DNA of 64,000 nucleotides, taken from the NCBI GenBank assembly GCA_000165345.1, contig CM000431.1, positions 544,001 through 608,000 on the forward strand, read 5' to 3'. Below, in pieces: positions 1 to 10,463 of this stretch; the stretch's first letter is position 1; each line of letters opens with the position of its first letter. The notes under the pieces were generated by a model, which saw nothing but the letters and a program-made list of their open reading frames with translations, had not been told where the DNA came from and ran no database searches. The translations under genes and the position numbers were made by a program.

Positions 1-271
1 TAAAAGTATTAAGAACAAAAAGGCGCCAAAAAATTAATAAAAAGCTAGTTGATAACTTAAAAATTAGGATTAGAAATTTGTATTTGTTAGTATAGATTCA
101 TTTAGGGTATCTTGCAATGAGTTGTACTGCCTTCCCCAGTCAAATTTTATGGGATTTATAGGCAATATTTTCCTCAGCTTTTTGATGTACACGTTTTTGA
201 ATTTTGAAACAAAGTCATTAAATTTTGATTGAATTTGTCTCTCCTTCTCAGAAATCATTTTTGAAGACCGA

Positions 272-1302
272 CTAGCGAACTGTGACGGGTCCTGAATTTA
301 TTTTATTTGCGTCAATTTTAACAACAAATGTAATTTTACTTACCTTGATTAGTTCATTGAATGAGTGCCGATCAGAGACAATATTTACAATTATGTTTTC
401 GTACTTATAAACGAGATGAGAGTTTCCGGACTCTGAATTGTATGAATGGATATATATTCTCCCAATCCATATTAGTTCTTTCTGTAAATTATTTTCAGGA
501 AATTCAAACTTCCATTCGCTATGCCATGATCCAGTTCTAAAACAGATTTGTTGAAGCGACAAAAAATAAATGAAAAAACTTACTTGTTCGAACAATACTT
601 TAAATTAGCCGATGATCGCACTATTATTAACGTTTCTTTTTTACTTTGACTTATCTTTGGAATTAGTTCTGAATCATAAACCACAGTTCTTCTTAAAGGG
701 ACTTTAAAATCCTTGAAATCAAACTTTTCAAAACAGCTTTTTTCTTTACCTTCTAAGTTGATATAATTACTTTTAACAAAATTCAGTAGTTGCGTATCAA
801 TAAACAGATTTTCAAGTTCTTTACGGAAAGAAGTGAGTCTAGAATTTGAAGGAACTTTTATTTTTTCAATATCCACAACTTCTAGTGCACTTGGTTGAAT
901 AACGATATTAATAGAAAGAAGGGGGTCTATGTACTTGAATATCCTATTGTCTGAATTTTCTTCATCAACTCTTGAATATTTGTTGATTACACCCCAAAAT
1001 GTAGTATCTGAATTGATATCCAAATTTTTTATTGGGACTAATAGCGAAAATTTTTCTAAATGATCTCTTGAAATACGCTCAACTGTGGCTTGACCTCTTT
1101 CCAGATCTTCAAAATAATATCTGAATTTATCTAAAATACCAATTGCAGCTCCTGGTGCAGAATTTTCACATATATTCCTACGAATTAGTAATATTTTACT
1201 TTATTTCTTAATATACGGGGAAACCTTTTCATAAAAATGTAATAAAGGAAACCCTGAACCCAGTGAAACCTACTCTAATGTGAAATATAATGAATTATCC
1301 AT
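272..1302 (-). CDS. Hypothetical conserved protein, 3-exon model: join(1302..1274, 1177..584, 536..272), about 295 aa
   Basis: The ORF fragments 580..1023 and 272..595 lie in different frames and lack an ATG. A GTAAGT donor at 583..578 and a gttttag acceptor at 543..537 join them in frame, with the split codon AA|A = Lys. An upstream ATG at 1302 (MDNSLYFTLE) has a GTAGGT donor at 1273 and a cgtag acceptor at 1178, which opens the frame at 1177. The exon lengths sum to 885 nt, so every phase is consistent. The small ORF 70..258 may be a further exon or the 3'UTR. Confidence 0.45.
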
Positions 1303-1356
1303 TTATTATACTATTTCCATAAATTAATCCAAAAATAAAAATTAAAAAATCATTTT

Positions 1357-1366
1357 GTGCGCCAGC
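1357..1366. promoter_or_regulatory. GTGCGCCAGC about 55 bp upstream of the hypothetical gene's ATG (1302, minus strand); a near-copy, GTGCCGCCAGC, lies at 12045..12055 upstream of NOP58
   Basis: Two similar GC-rich decamers sit in equivalent positions upstream of two minus-strand genes. Confidence 0.3.
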
Positions 1367-1514
1367 TCGCATGTAAAAGGTAAAGTACGCAGGTACAAAT
1401 TAACAAGTTTGAAAAAAAAAATTGATAGTTATTTGCGAGTTTTAATTAATATCTAAAAAAGCTAAATAAGCAATTCTCATTGATTTCCATTATTTGAAGT
1501 AGAAACTGTACTAT

Positions 1515-4500
1515 TTAGAAAATCTTAGAAATGGGTGTCACCACATAAATAAGATCATTTTTTGAAATAATATGTTTTGGATGAGGGGATAATAACAAGA
1601 CTCTATTATTGATGCTAAACTTGGGAGCAACTCTATTTAAATAGTTGTTATATGACTTTTTACTTGTGGAGTAATTTTCTTGTGTATTATTTTCATCTGC
1701 AGTAATTTGTTTTATCACAACTTCCGGAGCATCTACATTATTTCCAATTGTTCGAACAACTCCAACAGTAATAATTCCGCTAATCCTTAGCATTTCTTTG
1801 AACACTGTTGAGAAACAGCTCCCATGGAATTGTTCTGGTATAGAAATTAGCTCAAGAGAACCCCACTCAGTATAATCTGGAAAATACTCAGTTTCAGGCA
1901 TTATTTTGCTAACTGCAGTATAAAATCTTTTTATTCCTGAACTTGGGCAATCCAAATTTATAATTTGATTGTCATATGTTAATGGACTATTGAAAAAGTT
2001 ATATTTTTCATTATAGCCTAATAGAGGTTTCATCGAGTCAGAGGTTGCTAATAAAGGATTAATTTTAACGTTCCTATAAATAATTGGAATTATCATATCA
2101 GTAGTGAGGACTCTTCCAGAAATAACTGTAGGACATGTAGAGAAATCCCACTCATTCAGGGAAATCCAAGATGTACTGTCCAATAATGGAAGGGATTCCT
2201 CAAATCTTATGTCTGCAATGATTGCTGGGAAGAAGCAAGGAGGTAAATGGCCTCCCTCAAAAAGCCATTTTTTGGTTATTTGGGCAAGGTTAGCAGTAAC
2301 TTTCCATTGCCACATATTCCATTTGGCATCAAATGACCTTAAGTCCTTGACTTTTGATCCGAAACCATTCCTTTCTGTGCTTTCTAATTCCTTTTTATGT
2401 GATTTATATAATGGGCAAATATTTTTGCTAAATTTTGAGCTTTTGCTCTTTAATAAAACAATCTCGGCCTGAATCTTCATATTTATCAGTGAATGAATTC
2501 TCCAACAAGTTGTTATAACCTTTGAATCGCTATTTATGGAGTTTGATGAGCAAACTACTATTGAGTGCGCATAAAAAAGTCCGGATCTAATTAGATCCTC
2601 ATCGTTTGAAGAATTCCCCTTGATATAAACTCCAACACAACTAGGAGGAACAATTGATCTTTGCAAATACTTTTCATTGTGATCATTAGAAAGAAAAACA
2701 ATAATCGTAGAAAGAATGAGTGATTGAGTTGAGGTTGGGACACTTGTTTTAAAATTCTTATTGATGTGTCTAAATGAATCCCAACCAACGGGAATTGATC
2801 TATTAAGAACAATCCCATTCAGAAACTCTTCAAGGCATTCTGGCCATTCGCAAACCAACAATATAAAAGTTGTTCCATGAATATAACCCTGTATTTTTGA
2901 AGGACAAAGTATGTCAATCTTTTCAATTTTGGATACCTTCGAGTACTTTAATTCTCTGTGAATTGGACTTGGTGGCTGCCCTCTTAACTGGTCTGACTTT
3001 CCACTAGAAGTGTCCATCTTTCTTATTCTTGGGGTAACAGGAGTCTCTACCCTCCATGAAGGAATAATTAGCTTGTTATTTATTAGTTTGGTTTTACCCT
3101 GCAAACAAAGCCTAATATAATTTAAAGTTTGCTTTGCGCGTGGAACAATTGGTTCTTTATATTTTTCTGTTTTAATATCAAGATTTTCTTTTTCATGAAT
3201 GAGTGAAAATGCTTTTCTCCTAGAATTAGAAATTATAAGTAGATCAATTTCAGTATTTTCTTCTATGACCATGTCCCCATATCTCCACCTTTTACCTGCA
3301 ATAAAATCACTTGGATTTAGAATCCTTTTCTTCTTGCAAATGCCAAAAACCTTAGAAGGTTCTTTCTTTTCAGAGTTTGACCTGACTGAGTTTTTGAACT
3401 TAAATTTGTTGGAAACATTTTCATCAATTTTTGCCAGTTTCAATTTATTTGGGAATAATTTTAATTTTTTATAATTGGATTTTTCGGAGTCTTTTTCATT
3501 TATAACAAAGCTTTTACTTGGAGAATCTAACTCATTTTTTTCAGAATTTCGATTATTACTGTTTTGGTCATCTTCATCTTCAGACGTAATAATGAAATTG
3601 TAGTGTTCATCATCTTCACAACAGTTTTCATTAACAGATTCATCAAGTTCAATGTTTAGTTCCATATTGGCATTATAATCTTCAAATTGATTTGTGTTAC
3701 CTTTATTAATGCCTGTTTCCTCACAAACATCTACAGCTATTCCAATACAAATCATAGAATGATTTTCGAAAATATATGACACAATCTGGAGGAATTGCAT
3801 TCCTATTAAATAGTTTGGAAGGGGAATTTCCATTAGCTCGCAGTGAGTACCTCTAATATAGTCTCTTGTAAGAATACCTGACTGAGAGGCAGTATCAAGA
3901 GAGCTGTATAAAAGCGTTTCATCGATTGTTGCCATTCTATTTAATGTACCCTTCTCAAGCTCTGAAAAATCTGCATCGAATATGTTAGTTCTATCGAATT
4001 CCAGTTGATCAGTATCTTCGCTTAGAGCTCTAGATCGCCTCCTAATATTTTCTGATACTAAACTTTCGTATTCTTGATTAAATTTATTCCCTCCACATTC
4101 ATTAATTATTCCATTTATTGAATTATGGAGAGATTCTCCTAATTCTAAGTCTTCTATTTTAATTGTATTAAAAAGATTTGTCAATAGTGTGGAAAATCCA
4201 GGGCAAAGAGCAGTCTTTGCAAGTAATCTGGACCTAATCTCTGCAATGTATACTGGAGTATACGAGCTTTTTTGCTCATGAATCGTGTATTTTGAATTTT
4301 TAATAGTTGAATTATACTTTTCATTTAAGTCTGAAGACAATTGATCTCTAACAATATTTGCAATTCTATTCATATTAATTTGATGGTCAGATCCAGAAAC
4401 TTTTGATAAATAAAACAGATAACTGCTAATTTCTTCAGGAGTCTTTGGAGCTTGTAGATTTGGATTGTTCGTTATTACGTTCCTTCTTGCAGTATTTATA

Positions 4501-6854
4501 TCCTGGATTCCATGAAGATCATAGAAGTGGTCATCTCTAAGAGCATTGTCAAGCTTGAAATCAGCGTTTTCTCCGTTGAAAACGATTACAGAATTTATAC
4601 GTAGAGGATCTGGGTAATTATCCGTTTTACTATCGGAGTTCTTTCTGTTTTTTTTACCCAATATTGAACTAGAAGAGTTGTACAATATTCCAGTTTCCTT
4701 ACTTCTATATAAAAACTCGTATTCCTTCAAATCCAAAAACTTTCTAACTGCATACCAGATCATCATTGTATTTCTTTCAAGATCCAAAACCCGATCAGCT
4801 GCAAATAATTTAGTGCTACCGTACTGCTCTGAATTACAATTTAGAAATTCAGTTAAGTTATTTTCTTGAAAATTGACACCATCTTCATGAAATGCATTTA
4901 TTGGTGAATAAACTTTTGCATTAATTGCATCGCTCCAGAAATATATTGCATAAATGAAGCCCTTAATGCTTTCAATGTCTACTTTTAAGCTTTCTATATT
5001 TTTAATCTTCTTGACAAAAAGTTGTGTATGAAGAGCTTGCTGAGAGTTTTTTACGAGTGTTGAGTAATCACGAGGATCAGAGTTTGTTAATAACATAACG
5101 ATTGGTTGATATCTGATAATTTTCCCAGATTTACCGTTGAATTGTTTTATGTAGTCAATATTTGCATTCAGTTGATTAAGCTCCATTAATAAGTAAGAAA
5201 GATGTTTAACTGATGGAGATCCAATCACTAATACCAGAGTGGTGTGGATATGATCCCTTTCGAAAATGCTCTCATCGTAAACGCCAATGTTGCAAACTCC
5301 CATAGTCTCTGGAGGAGTCTGAGCTAACTGAACAAGCTTGCTTATTTGATTTGGGACATATATTATTGTAAAAATAATCAGTATAATACAGATAAGTCTC
5401 GAGACAAAATTTGATGGTGTGTAATCTCCATATCCAACAGTTGAAATTGTGATGATTGTAAAGTAGAAATAATCAAATAATGTTGTGAAATTTGGTTTAG
5501 GAGACTCAATTATCATCATTGCACCTGAAAATCCTAGTACCACGCATGCAATAGTCCAAATAATCACAATACAAATTCTCATTACTTCCGAGGACCAGGA
5601 TAATATAATTGTAAGTATTGGGACCGGATTTAATACTCTGAAATACCTTAAAAATCCTAACATAAAAAGTGTTGTAACAGATCCAGATCCAATTGAGTAT
5701 TTCATGACCAATAATATCGGAGAAGTTGTCAGCATTTCCAATAATGGAATAAATGTTGCCGATGTGATTAAATATTTTAGAGTGATAATGCCGTTAATTC
5801 CACGACTAAGCAAAGATATTTCTCCAAGAATCTTATACAGAAAAGAGATATCTGCGATCCAAAGGAATGCTTCTTCGAATAACAGCAACGTTTCAGCTCC
5901 TTTTTTTACTTTCCAGGGGTCATTAATAGATTCTCTGGTTAAATAATTAGAATCAAGAGCCCATAAAAATGCCCAAATTATATTGATCAAGAAAAGCGAA
6001 ATCTGTACAAAGTCCTTAGAGAAGAAAGCTGTCAATCCTCTCAAAAAATATTTGTCATACATTAGTATCACCCTACTTCTTATTGTATTCAGCTTTTTTG
6101 AGAAAATAGTGCCTTCTTCATCAAAATTCAATCTATTTTCCCCAAAAGAAGAGTAGTCTCCAATGAACGAAAAGAACCTGCTCCCATGCCCAGAAATCTC
6201 TGAAGATTTGATCTTTTTGTTTTTTTTGGGCTTAGATGTAAATCCACCCGCATTTGTGTCATCTTCTGTAGTTTCCTCATGCTGATTTATTCCAGAGGAG
6301 ACAAGTGATGTTGCGTCAGCCAATATACTAATGCTAGGGTCGGCATAAATCAGCTCCCCATTTGCTTTATGCTTCCTTGTGTATTCAGAACAACTACTTT
6401 TACTACCTAGCGTTTCCTTACTAGTTCTCATTTCATTTACTCCAAGAACATCTTCAGTATTTAGAAACGTGTTGTTACCTGGAATTAATATTTTGCTTTC
6501 AGATTTCCAAGGAATTTCTTTCCTCTCTGAGAGCTCTTGCTTATCTTCTCTTTCATCAATTATTATTCTTTGCATCTCAAATTCTTGAATATTTCTTTCT
6601 TTAAAGGCTTTTTTTCTCGCTAATCTTCTTCTAAAAACATTTATCTGCATTTTTATACGACGCAAAGTACTAACAGGAAAGAATAAAAATCTGCAAATTA
6701 TCACAAACACAACTGTGGAGATAAATATACCCACTCCAATTAACAAAGTTATAATGCATTGAATACTATCAAACAAAAGCCAATGGCAAACCATCAGCAT
6801 AAACCCATAAGATACCAACAACAAGGTTAATATCCAAGAAAGCGGCGAAATCAT
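1515..6854 (-). CDS. Large K+ channel, 1779 aa: N-terminal transmembrane segments, a pore helix with the TVGYGD selectivity filter, and a long RCK-like cytoplasmic tail (BK/Slo-like)
   Basis: The motif FYFTIITISTVGYGDYTP is the canonical K+ channel signature. Hydrophobic segments precede it. After the pore comes TTLVLVIGSPSVKH, a Rossmann-like RCK start. It is a single uninterrupted ORF with an ATG start at 6854. Confidence 0.8.
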   Translation of the reverse strand: MISPLSWILTLLLVSYGFMLMVCHWLLFDSIQCIITLLIGVGIFISTVVFVIICRFLFFPVSTLRRIKMQINVFRRRLARKKAFKERNIQEFEMQRIIIDEREDKQELSERKEIPWKSESKILIPGNNTFLNTEDVLGVNEMRTSKETLGSKSSCSEYTRKHKANGELIYADPSISILADATSLVSSGINQHEETTEDDTNAGGFTSKPKKNKKIKSSEISGHGSRFFSFIGDYSSFGENRLNFDEEGTIFSKKLNTIRSRVILMYDKYFLRGLTAFFSKDFVQISLFLINIIWAFLWALDSNYLTRESINDPWKVKKGAETLLLFEEAFLWIADISFLYKILGEISLLSRGINGIITLKYLITSATFIPLLEMLTTSPILLVMKYSIGSGSVTTLFMLGFLRYFRVLNPVPILTIILSWSSEVMRICIVIIWTIACVVLGFSGAMMIIESPKPNFTTLFDYFYFTIITISTVGYGDYTPSNFVSRLICIILIIFTIIYVPNQISKLVQLAQTPPETMGVCNIGVYDESIFERDHIHTTLVLVIGSPSVKHLSYLLMELNQLNANIDYIKQFNGKSGKIIRYQPIVMLLTNSDPRDYSTLVKNSQQALHTQLFVKKIKNIESLKVDIESIKGFIYAIYFWSDAINAKVYSPINAFHEDGVNFQENNLTEFLNCNSEQYGSTKLFAADRVLDLERNTMMIWYAVRKFLDLKEYEFLYRSKETGILYNSSSSILGKKNRKNSDSKTDNYPDPLRINSVIVFNGENADFKLDNALRDDHFYDLHGIQDINTARRNVITNNPNLQAPKTPEEISSYLFYLSKVSGSDHQINMNRIANIVRDQLSSDLNEKYNSTIKNSKYTIHEQKSSYTPVYIAEIRSRLLAKTALCPGFSTLLTNLFNTIKIEDLELGESLHNSINGIINECGGNKFNQEYESLVSENIRRRSRALSEDTDQLEFDRTNIFDADFSELEKGTLNRMATIDETLLYSSLDTASQSGILTRDYIRGTHCELMEIPLPNYLIGMQFLQIVSYIFENHSMICIGIAVDVCEETGINKGNTNQFEDYNANMELNIELDESVNENCCEDDEHYNFIITSEDEDDQNSNNRNSEKNELDSPSKSFVINEKDSEKSNYKKLKLFPNKLKLAKIDENVSNKFKFKNSVRSNSEKKEPSKVFGICKKKRILNPSDFIAGKRWRYGDMVIEENTEIDLLIISNSRRKAFSLIHEKENLDIKTEKYKEPIVPRAKQTLNYIRLCLQGKTKLINNKLIIPSWRVETPVTPRIRKMDTSSGKSDQLRGQPPSPIHRELKYSKVSKIEKIDILCPSKIQGYIHGTTFILLVCEWPECLEEFLNGIVLNRSIPVGWDSFRHINKNFKTSVPTSTQSLILSTIIVFLSNDHNEKYLQRSIVPPSCVGVYIKGNSSNDEDLIRSGLFYAHSIVVCSSNSINSDSKVITTCWRIHSLINMKIQAEIVLLKSKSSKFSKNICPLYKSHKKELESTERNGFGSKVKDLRSFDAKWNMWQWKVTANLAQITKKWLFEGGHLPPCFFPAIIADIRFEESLPLLDSTSWISLNEWDFSTCPTVISGRVLTTDMIIPIIYRNVKINPLLATSDSMKPLLGYNEKYNFFNSPLTYDNQIINLDCPSSGIKRFYTAVSKIMPETEYFPDYTEWGSLELISIPEQFHGSCFSTVFKEMLRISGIITVGVVRTIGNNVDAPEVVIKQITADENNTQENYSTSKKSYNNYLNRVAPKFSINNRVLLLSPHPKHIISKNDLIYVVTPISKIF

Positions 6855-6947
6855 GATTCTTTACTTCATTTAATTTCTTAATTATCCTTTATAGTTCATT
6901 ATTTACTCTATTAAATCACAAAATAAGAAATTTTCATGATATATTTA

Positions 6948-6953
6948 GGCGCC
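6948..6953. promoter_or_regulatory. GGCGCC (E2F-like GC box) about 95 bp upstream of the K+ channel ATG
   Basis: It is a GC-rich hexamer in roughly 80% AT intergenic DNA. The same motif class recurs upstream of other genes here. Confidence 0.3.
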
Positions 6954-7357
6954 AACGCTTGCAGACAGGCTGCCACACAAAGTCTCCTAAGACCCAGAGA
7001 CTGCCAAATCTATTTGCAGATCAGGAATAGGTTGGCGTCTATGACAATTAAAATACGTTATAATATAACATTTAAATATGAATCCAATAATACATGTCGC
7101 GAATTTACACCTTTCTGCAGAACACAAAACTCGATCTCAATATTCCATGCGAAACTACTCTAACAAAAGGTGCATATCCTTATAAAGAGAGAAGTGTAAT
7201 AGATCTAGAGATAAGTATTTTCTAACTGTTAATTAGAAACACAGATTAGATCCGGATTAAACTATTCAAAATTTAAAAAATTTGAAACATAGATTAAAAT
7301 TTACGTATTATTATCATAAGAGAAATACTAATAAACAGTTTTGCCTGATTAAAGCAT

Positions 7358-8128
7358 TCATGGAGCATTTCTCCATTCGTCAGCTGCAGATCCTCCCCAG
7401 TTTCCTGAGACACCACCCCATTCATTTGCAGCAGCTGCGCTATCAACAGCAGCACCTTCAATGTCAACTCCCATACCATCATTAAGCTCCATATCAGCTC
7501 CAATTGCAGAGTTCTCATACTCTTCTGGATCTCTCCAGAAGAAAACATCGACCATTACGTCCCATTTGTCAGTCTTACCTCTGAGGAAGTTAACCTCGCG
7601 AGCTAATAAGTAGTACATGAGAGCGATTGACTCTTTACCTTTATTGTTACATGGAATAGCAACATCTACATATTGTAATGGAGAGTCAGTATCACAGAGG
7701 GCAATAACTGGGATGTTGGCATAAGAACTCTCAATAACAGCTTGTGAATCTACACGGGGGTCTGTAACGATCAAGAGACGTGGCTCCATGAATTTCTGAG
7801 TGATCTGGTTAGTGAGTGTACCCGGAGTAAAACGACCGACCATTGCATGAGCTCCCGTATGCTGGGCGAATTTGAGTGCAGGTCTAGAACCATATGGCCT
7901 TTGAGAAACAACGACTACATCCGCCAAGTTATCAATAGTTGCTATAATTCTAGCTGCTATCTGTATCTTTTCCCAAGTCTTGGCTAAGTTTATCAAGAAA
8001 ATACCTTCATGAGTTCTCTTATAAACATATGAGAGCATTTTATCCTCGACATTCTTTGTACCAATATGAGTCTTACATACGATCATCTTTGCGATGTCGT
8101 CCAATTTACGTGTTTCTGCTGGTGGCAT
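7358..8128 (-). CDS. RPSA: 40S ribosomal protein SA (uS2 / p40 / laminin-receptor family)
   Basis: It aligns along its whole length with eukaryotic RPSA. Shared stretches include THLGG.N, YIYKR..DGI.IINL.RTWEKL, AGRFTPGT.TNQ, EPRLL.VTDPR.D and [20 protein letters not shown]. Confidence 0.9.
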   Translation of the reverse strand: MPPAETRKLDDIAKMIVCKTHIGTKNVEDKMLSYVYKRTHEGIFLINLAKTWEKIQIAARIIATIDNLADVVVVSQRPYGSRPALKFAQHTGAHAMVGRFTPGTLTNQITQKFMEPRLLIVTDPRVDSQAVIESSYANIPVIALCDTDSPLQYVDVAIPCNNKGKESIALMYYLLAREVNFLRGKTDKWDVMVDVFFWRDPEEYENSAIGADMELNDGMGVDIEGAAVDSAAAANEWGGVSGNWGGSAADEWRNAP

Positions 8129-8333
8129 ATTGCTATAAAGTCACTTCTTTCTTTTACTGTTAGTTTGAGTATAATTAATTACCAAGACCAAGTGGCTAGG
8201 TTTCTTCTACGTGATAATTCCGACTGGCTTTTGCCTCCTCCAAATTGCTTATTGACAAGAAAAAAAAACTTATACCGCAAGACAAGTTGATCTGTCTCCG
8301 TCTCTATTATTTAATATTGACGTCTCGAATAGT

Positions 8334-8339
8334 GGCGCC
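8334..8339. promoter_or_regulatory. GGCGCC(GCC) about 205 bp upstream of the RPSA ATG
   Basis: The argument is the same as for the 6948 motif. Confidence 0.3.
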
Positions 8340-9107
8340 GCCTCAAATTCTTCCCGGATTGAAAAGCCATGTTAAATAAATAAATACACGCTGTAGAATA
8401 TTTTTCATCCTAATCGCCCATCGGTATTGACGTGAATTTGATTGGTTCCCCAAACTTCTGAATAGCGTCTAAAGTGTGATGCGTTCTCTATAAGATGATC
8501 TTTAGATTTAATAGCGCGCTCCTTTCCGTTCTTGAAGACTTGATCTTTTTGTTTTAATATGATCGTGTAGTCTCGTGAATAATATTCAGTTTCATTATGG
8601 CATTTGCAGTTAAACACTCTCAAATATTCTATTTCGTGCCTGTTTAAGGAATGTAACTCTGTATTATGGTGTTTTGTTGAGTTTCACTTCGAAATGTAAT
8701 GTGAGCATATAAACATCAATTTATAAATAATTTTAGATTTATAATCGTAAAGCCGATGAGAGCACGGCAACAGAAGGGTATATCTAAAGCTAATGAACGT
8801 TTATGCCATCGGTAACTAAAGTGTTCTAAAAGTTGGCGTTTAAAATATTTCAACATTGGAGTTAGTTGCAGATTCAACTAGAGGTTTTGTGTAAATTGTG
8901 CACTGAAAAAAAAATTACTTGCGATAATTTAACGGGGAAATCTAAAACATTTTTGTGTAGTTGCGACATGCCTCAACGAGTCTGAATACTTTGGCTAAAT
9001 AGCAAGATAATATACAAATTCATTGTAGAATCTGCATTCAATGAATATTATTCTGTACAATTTTTTTAATCCTTAAGTGAATAATAATGCGGTAAAAAGA
9101 ACCATTT

Positions 9108-9113
9108 AGCGCC
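9108..9113. promoter_or_regulatory. AGCGCC about 190 bp upstream of the PSD ATG
   Basis: The argument is the same as for the 6948 motif. Confidence 0.25.
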
Positions 9114-9302
9114 ATGCGATATTTCTCATTTATTTGACGGGAAAACGAAAAGTTATGCCCAAAAAGATCAAATTATATATTTGATGTTCGAAGGAGAGGT
9201 AATATGATTATTTGAAGTTAGTATATGTCGTATTTATTTTCAAGACGGACAATATTTTTTTTTGGGACAATCGGAGCTTACAAATTTTTAGAAAGATCAT
9301 TT

Positions 9303-10348
9303 ATGAATAGGACATCGTTTTTAAGTGATAGCGAATATATATCTGACTGCAAAAAGGTAATGTAACTAATGATTTTCAATAATATTTAGTTAATTTCTTT
9401 TAGATCTTTTTTTATAGATCGCTATTCGGAAGAACAAGATCAAGATTTCTAGGGAAGCTGCTAAATATTAATCTTCCTGTATCTATTAGAAGAAGAATTT
9501 ATGGATTTTTGATTAACAATTACTTGTATAAAGATTCTTCATTTAGTGCATATTCCAAAGATGAAAAAATCAAGAAATTTGAAGAAAAGCATGCAAACTC
9601 ACTAGATTCTTATAGGTCTATAGGCGAGCTTTTTACGAGGTCAATTAGACCTTCGGAAATTGTATTTCAGTGCCTTGAAGATCCCAATTCAATTTCATCC
9701 CCATGTGAAGGGAGAACAATTGAGTTTGGAGAGATAAATTCGGATAAGTGTATTCAGGTCAAAAGTTCAACGTTTAAAGTTTCGGAATTACTCCAGGAAA
9801 ATTTTGCCTCGTTAACAAATTCTTCAAACTTATATTATATGATTATTTACCTTAGCCCAAAAGATTATCACAGATTTCATTCTCCTACCAATATTGAAAT
9901 TAAAAGTGTAAGACATATTTCTGGAGAATGTTTCCCAGTTTTTAAAGGTATTGCTTCAAAATTAAATAATTTATTTTCCATAAATGAGAGAGTGGTAATA
10001 AAATCAGAATGGGAGCATGGAAAAATGTATATTGTAGCTGTAGCTGCTCATGGAGTTTCAGATATTAAGCTATTTTGTGTTCCAAATCTAAAAACAAACC
10101 AGCGAGGATCGAACCTTAATTATTTACGGAAAGGTAAGACTGGCCAATTTATTGAATATTCCGATTTTAAAAATTGCAAAAATCAAGGAAAGTACCTCAA
10201 AGGGGATGAGTTAGGTCTATTTAACCTGGGTAGCACGATTGTTTTAATTTTCCAAGCTCCGGAAAACTTTAAGTTCGATGTCGACAGAGGTATAAAACTT
10301 AAGTTGGGGCAAATAATAGGAAAGGTGTTAGATAGTCAAAGTAGTTAG
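9303..10348 (+). CDS. PSD: Phosphatidylserine decarboxylase proenzyme, 2 exons: join(9303..9356, 9404..10348)
   Basis: The LGST autocleavage motif is present (FNLGSTIVLIF), and the body resembles PSD (GECFPVF, VAAHGVSDI). The ORF track starts at TTG 9509. Exon 1 is ATG..AAG followed by a GTAATG donor at 9357 and a ttttag acceptor at 9403. That extends the frame with RSLFGRTRSRFLGKLLNINLPVSIRRRIYGFLI, which matches the conserved PSD N-terminal region (..[20 protein letters not shown]..). Confidence 0.75.
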
Positions 10349-10463
10349 TGCCTTTAGTTAAATAAAATTCAGACATTAAATTCAATAAAAGAAGCTAACA
10401 TAAAAAAAAAAAAAAAAAAGATTCTCTTATACAAGCTAATGTAAATATATAAAATGCGAATCA

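Noticed and set aside
70-258. 62-aa minus-strand ORF immediately downstream of the hypothetical gene's stop
   Set aside because: It is in a different frame with no convincing donor or acceptor linking it, so I left it as unresolved or 3'UTR.
2104-6588. Plus-strand ORFs of 60-150 aa inside the K+ channel gene, and plus-strand ORFs inside the myosin gene (13136..16231)
   Set aside because: They are antisense to long, well-supported ORFs, AT-rich and low-complexity, with no motifs.
7282-7548. ORFs antisense to or overlapping the RPSA C-terminus
   Set aside because: They overlap a highly conserved ribosomal protein gene on the opposite strand or in another frame.
8405-8623. 72-aa minus-strand ORF in the RPSA-PSD intergenic region
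   Set aside because: It has no start context and no homology. A GC-box and an AT-rich promoter region overlap it.
10095-10110. GGATCGAACC, a tRNA T-arm-like string
   Set aside because: It lies inside the PSD coding sequence with no surrounding cloverleaf. No tRNA genes were found anywhere in the window.
10403-10419. A17 tract between the convergent 3' ends of PSD and NOP58 as a possible retroelement poly-A tail
   Set aside because: There is no target-site duplication or element body. It is better explained as an AT-rich terminator or polyadenylation-region homopolymer.
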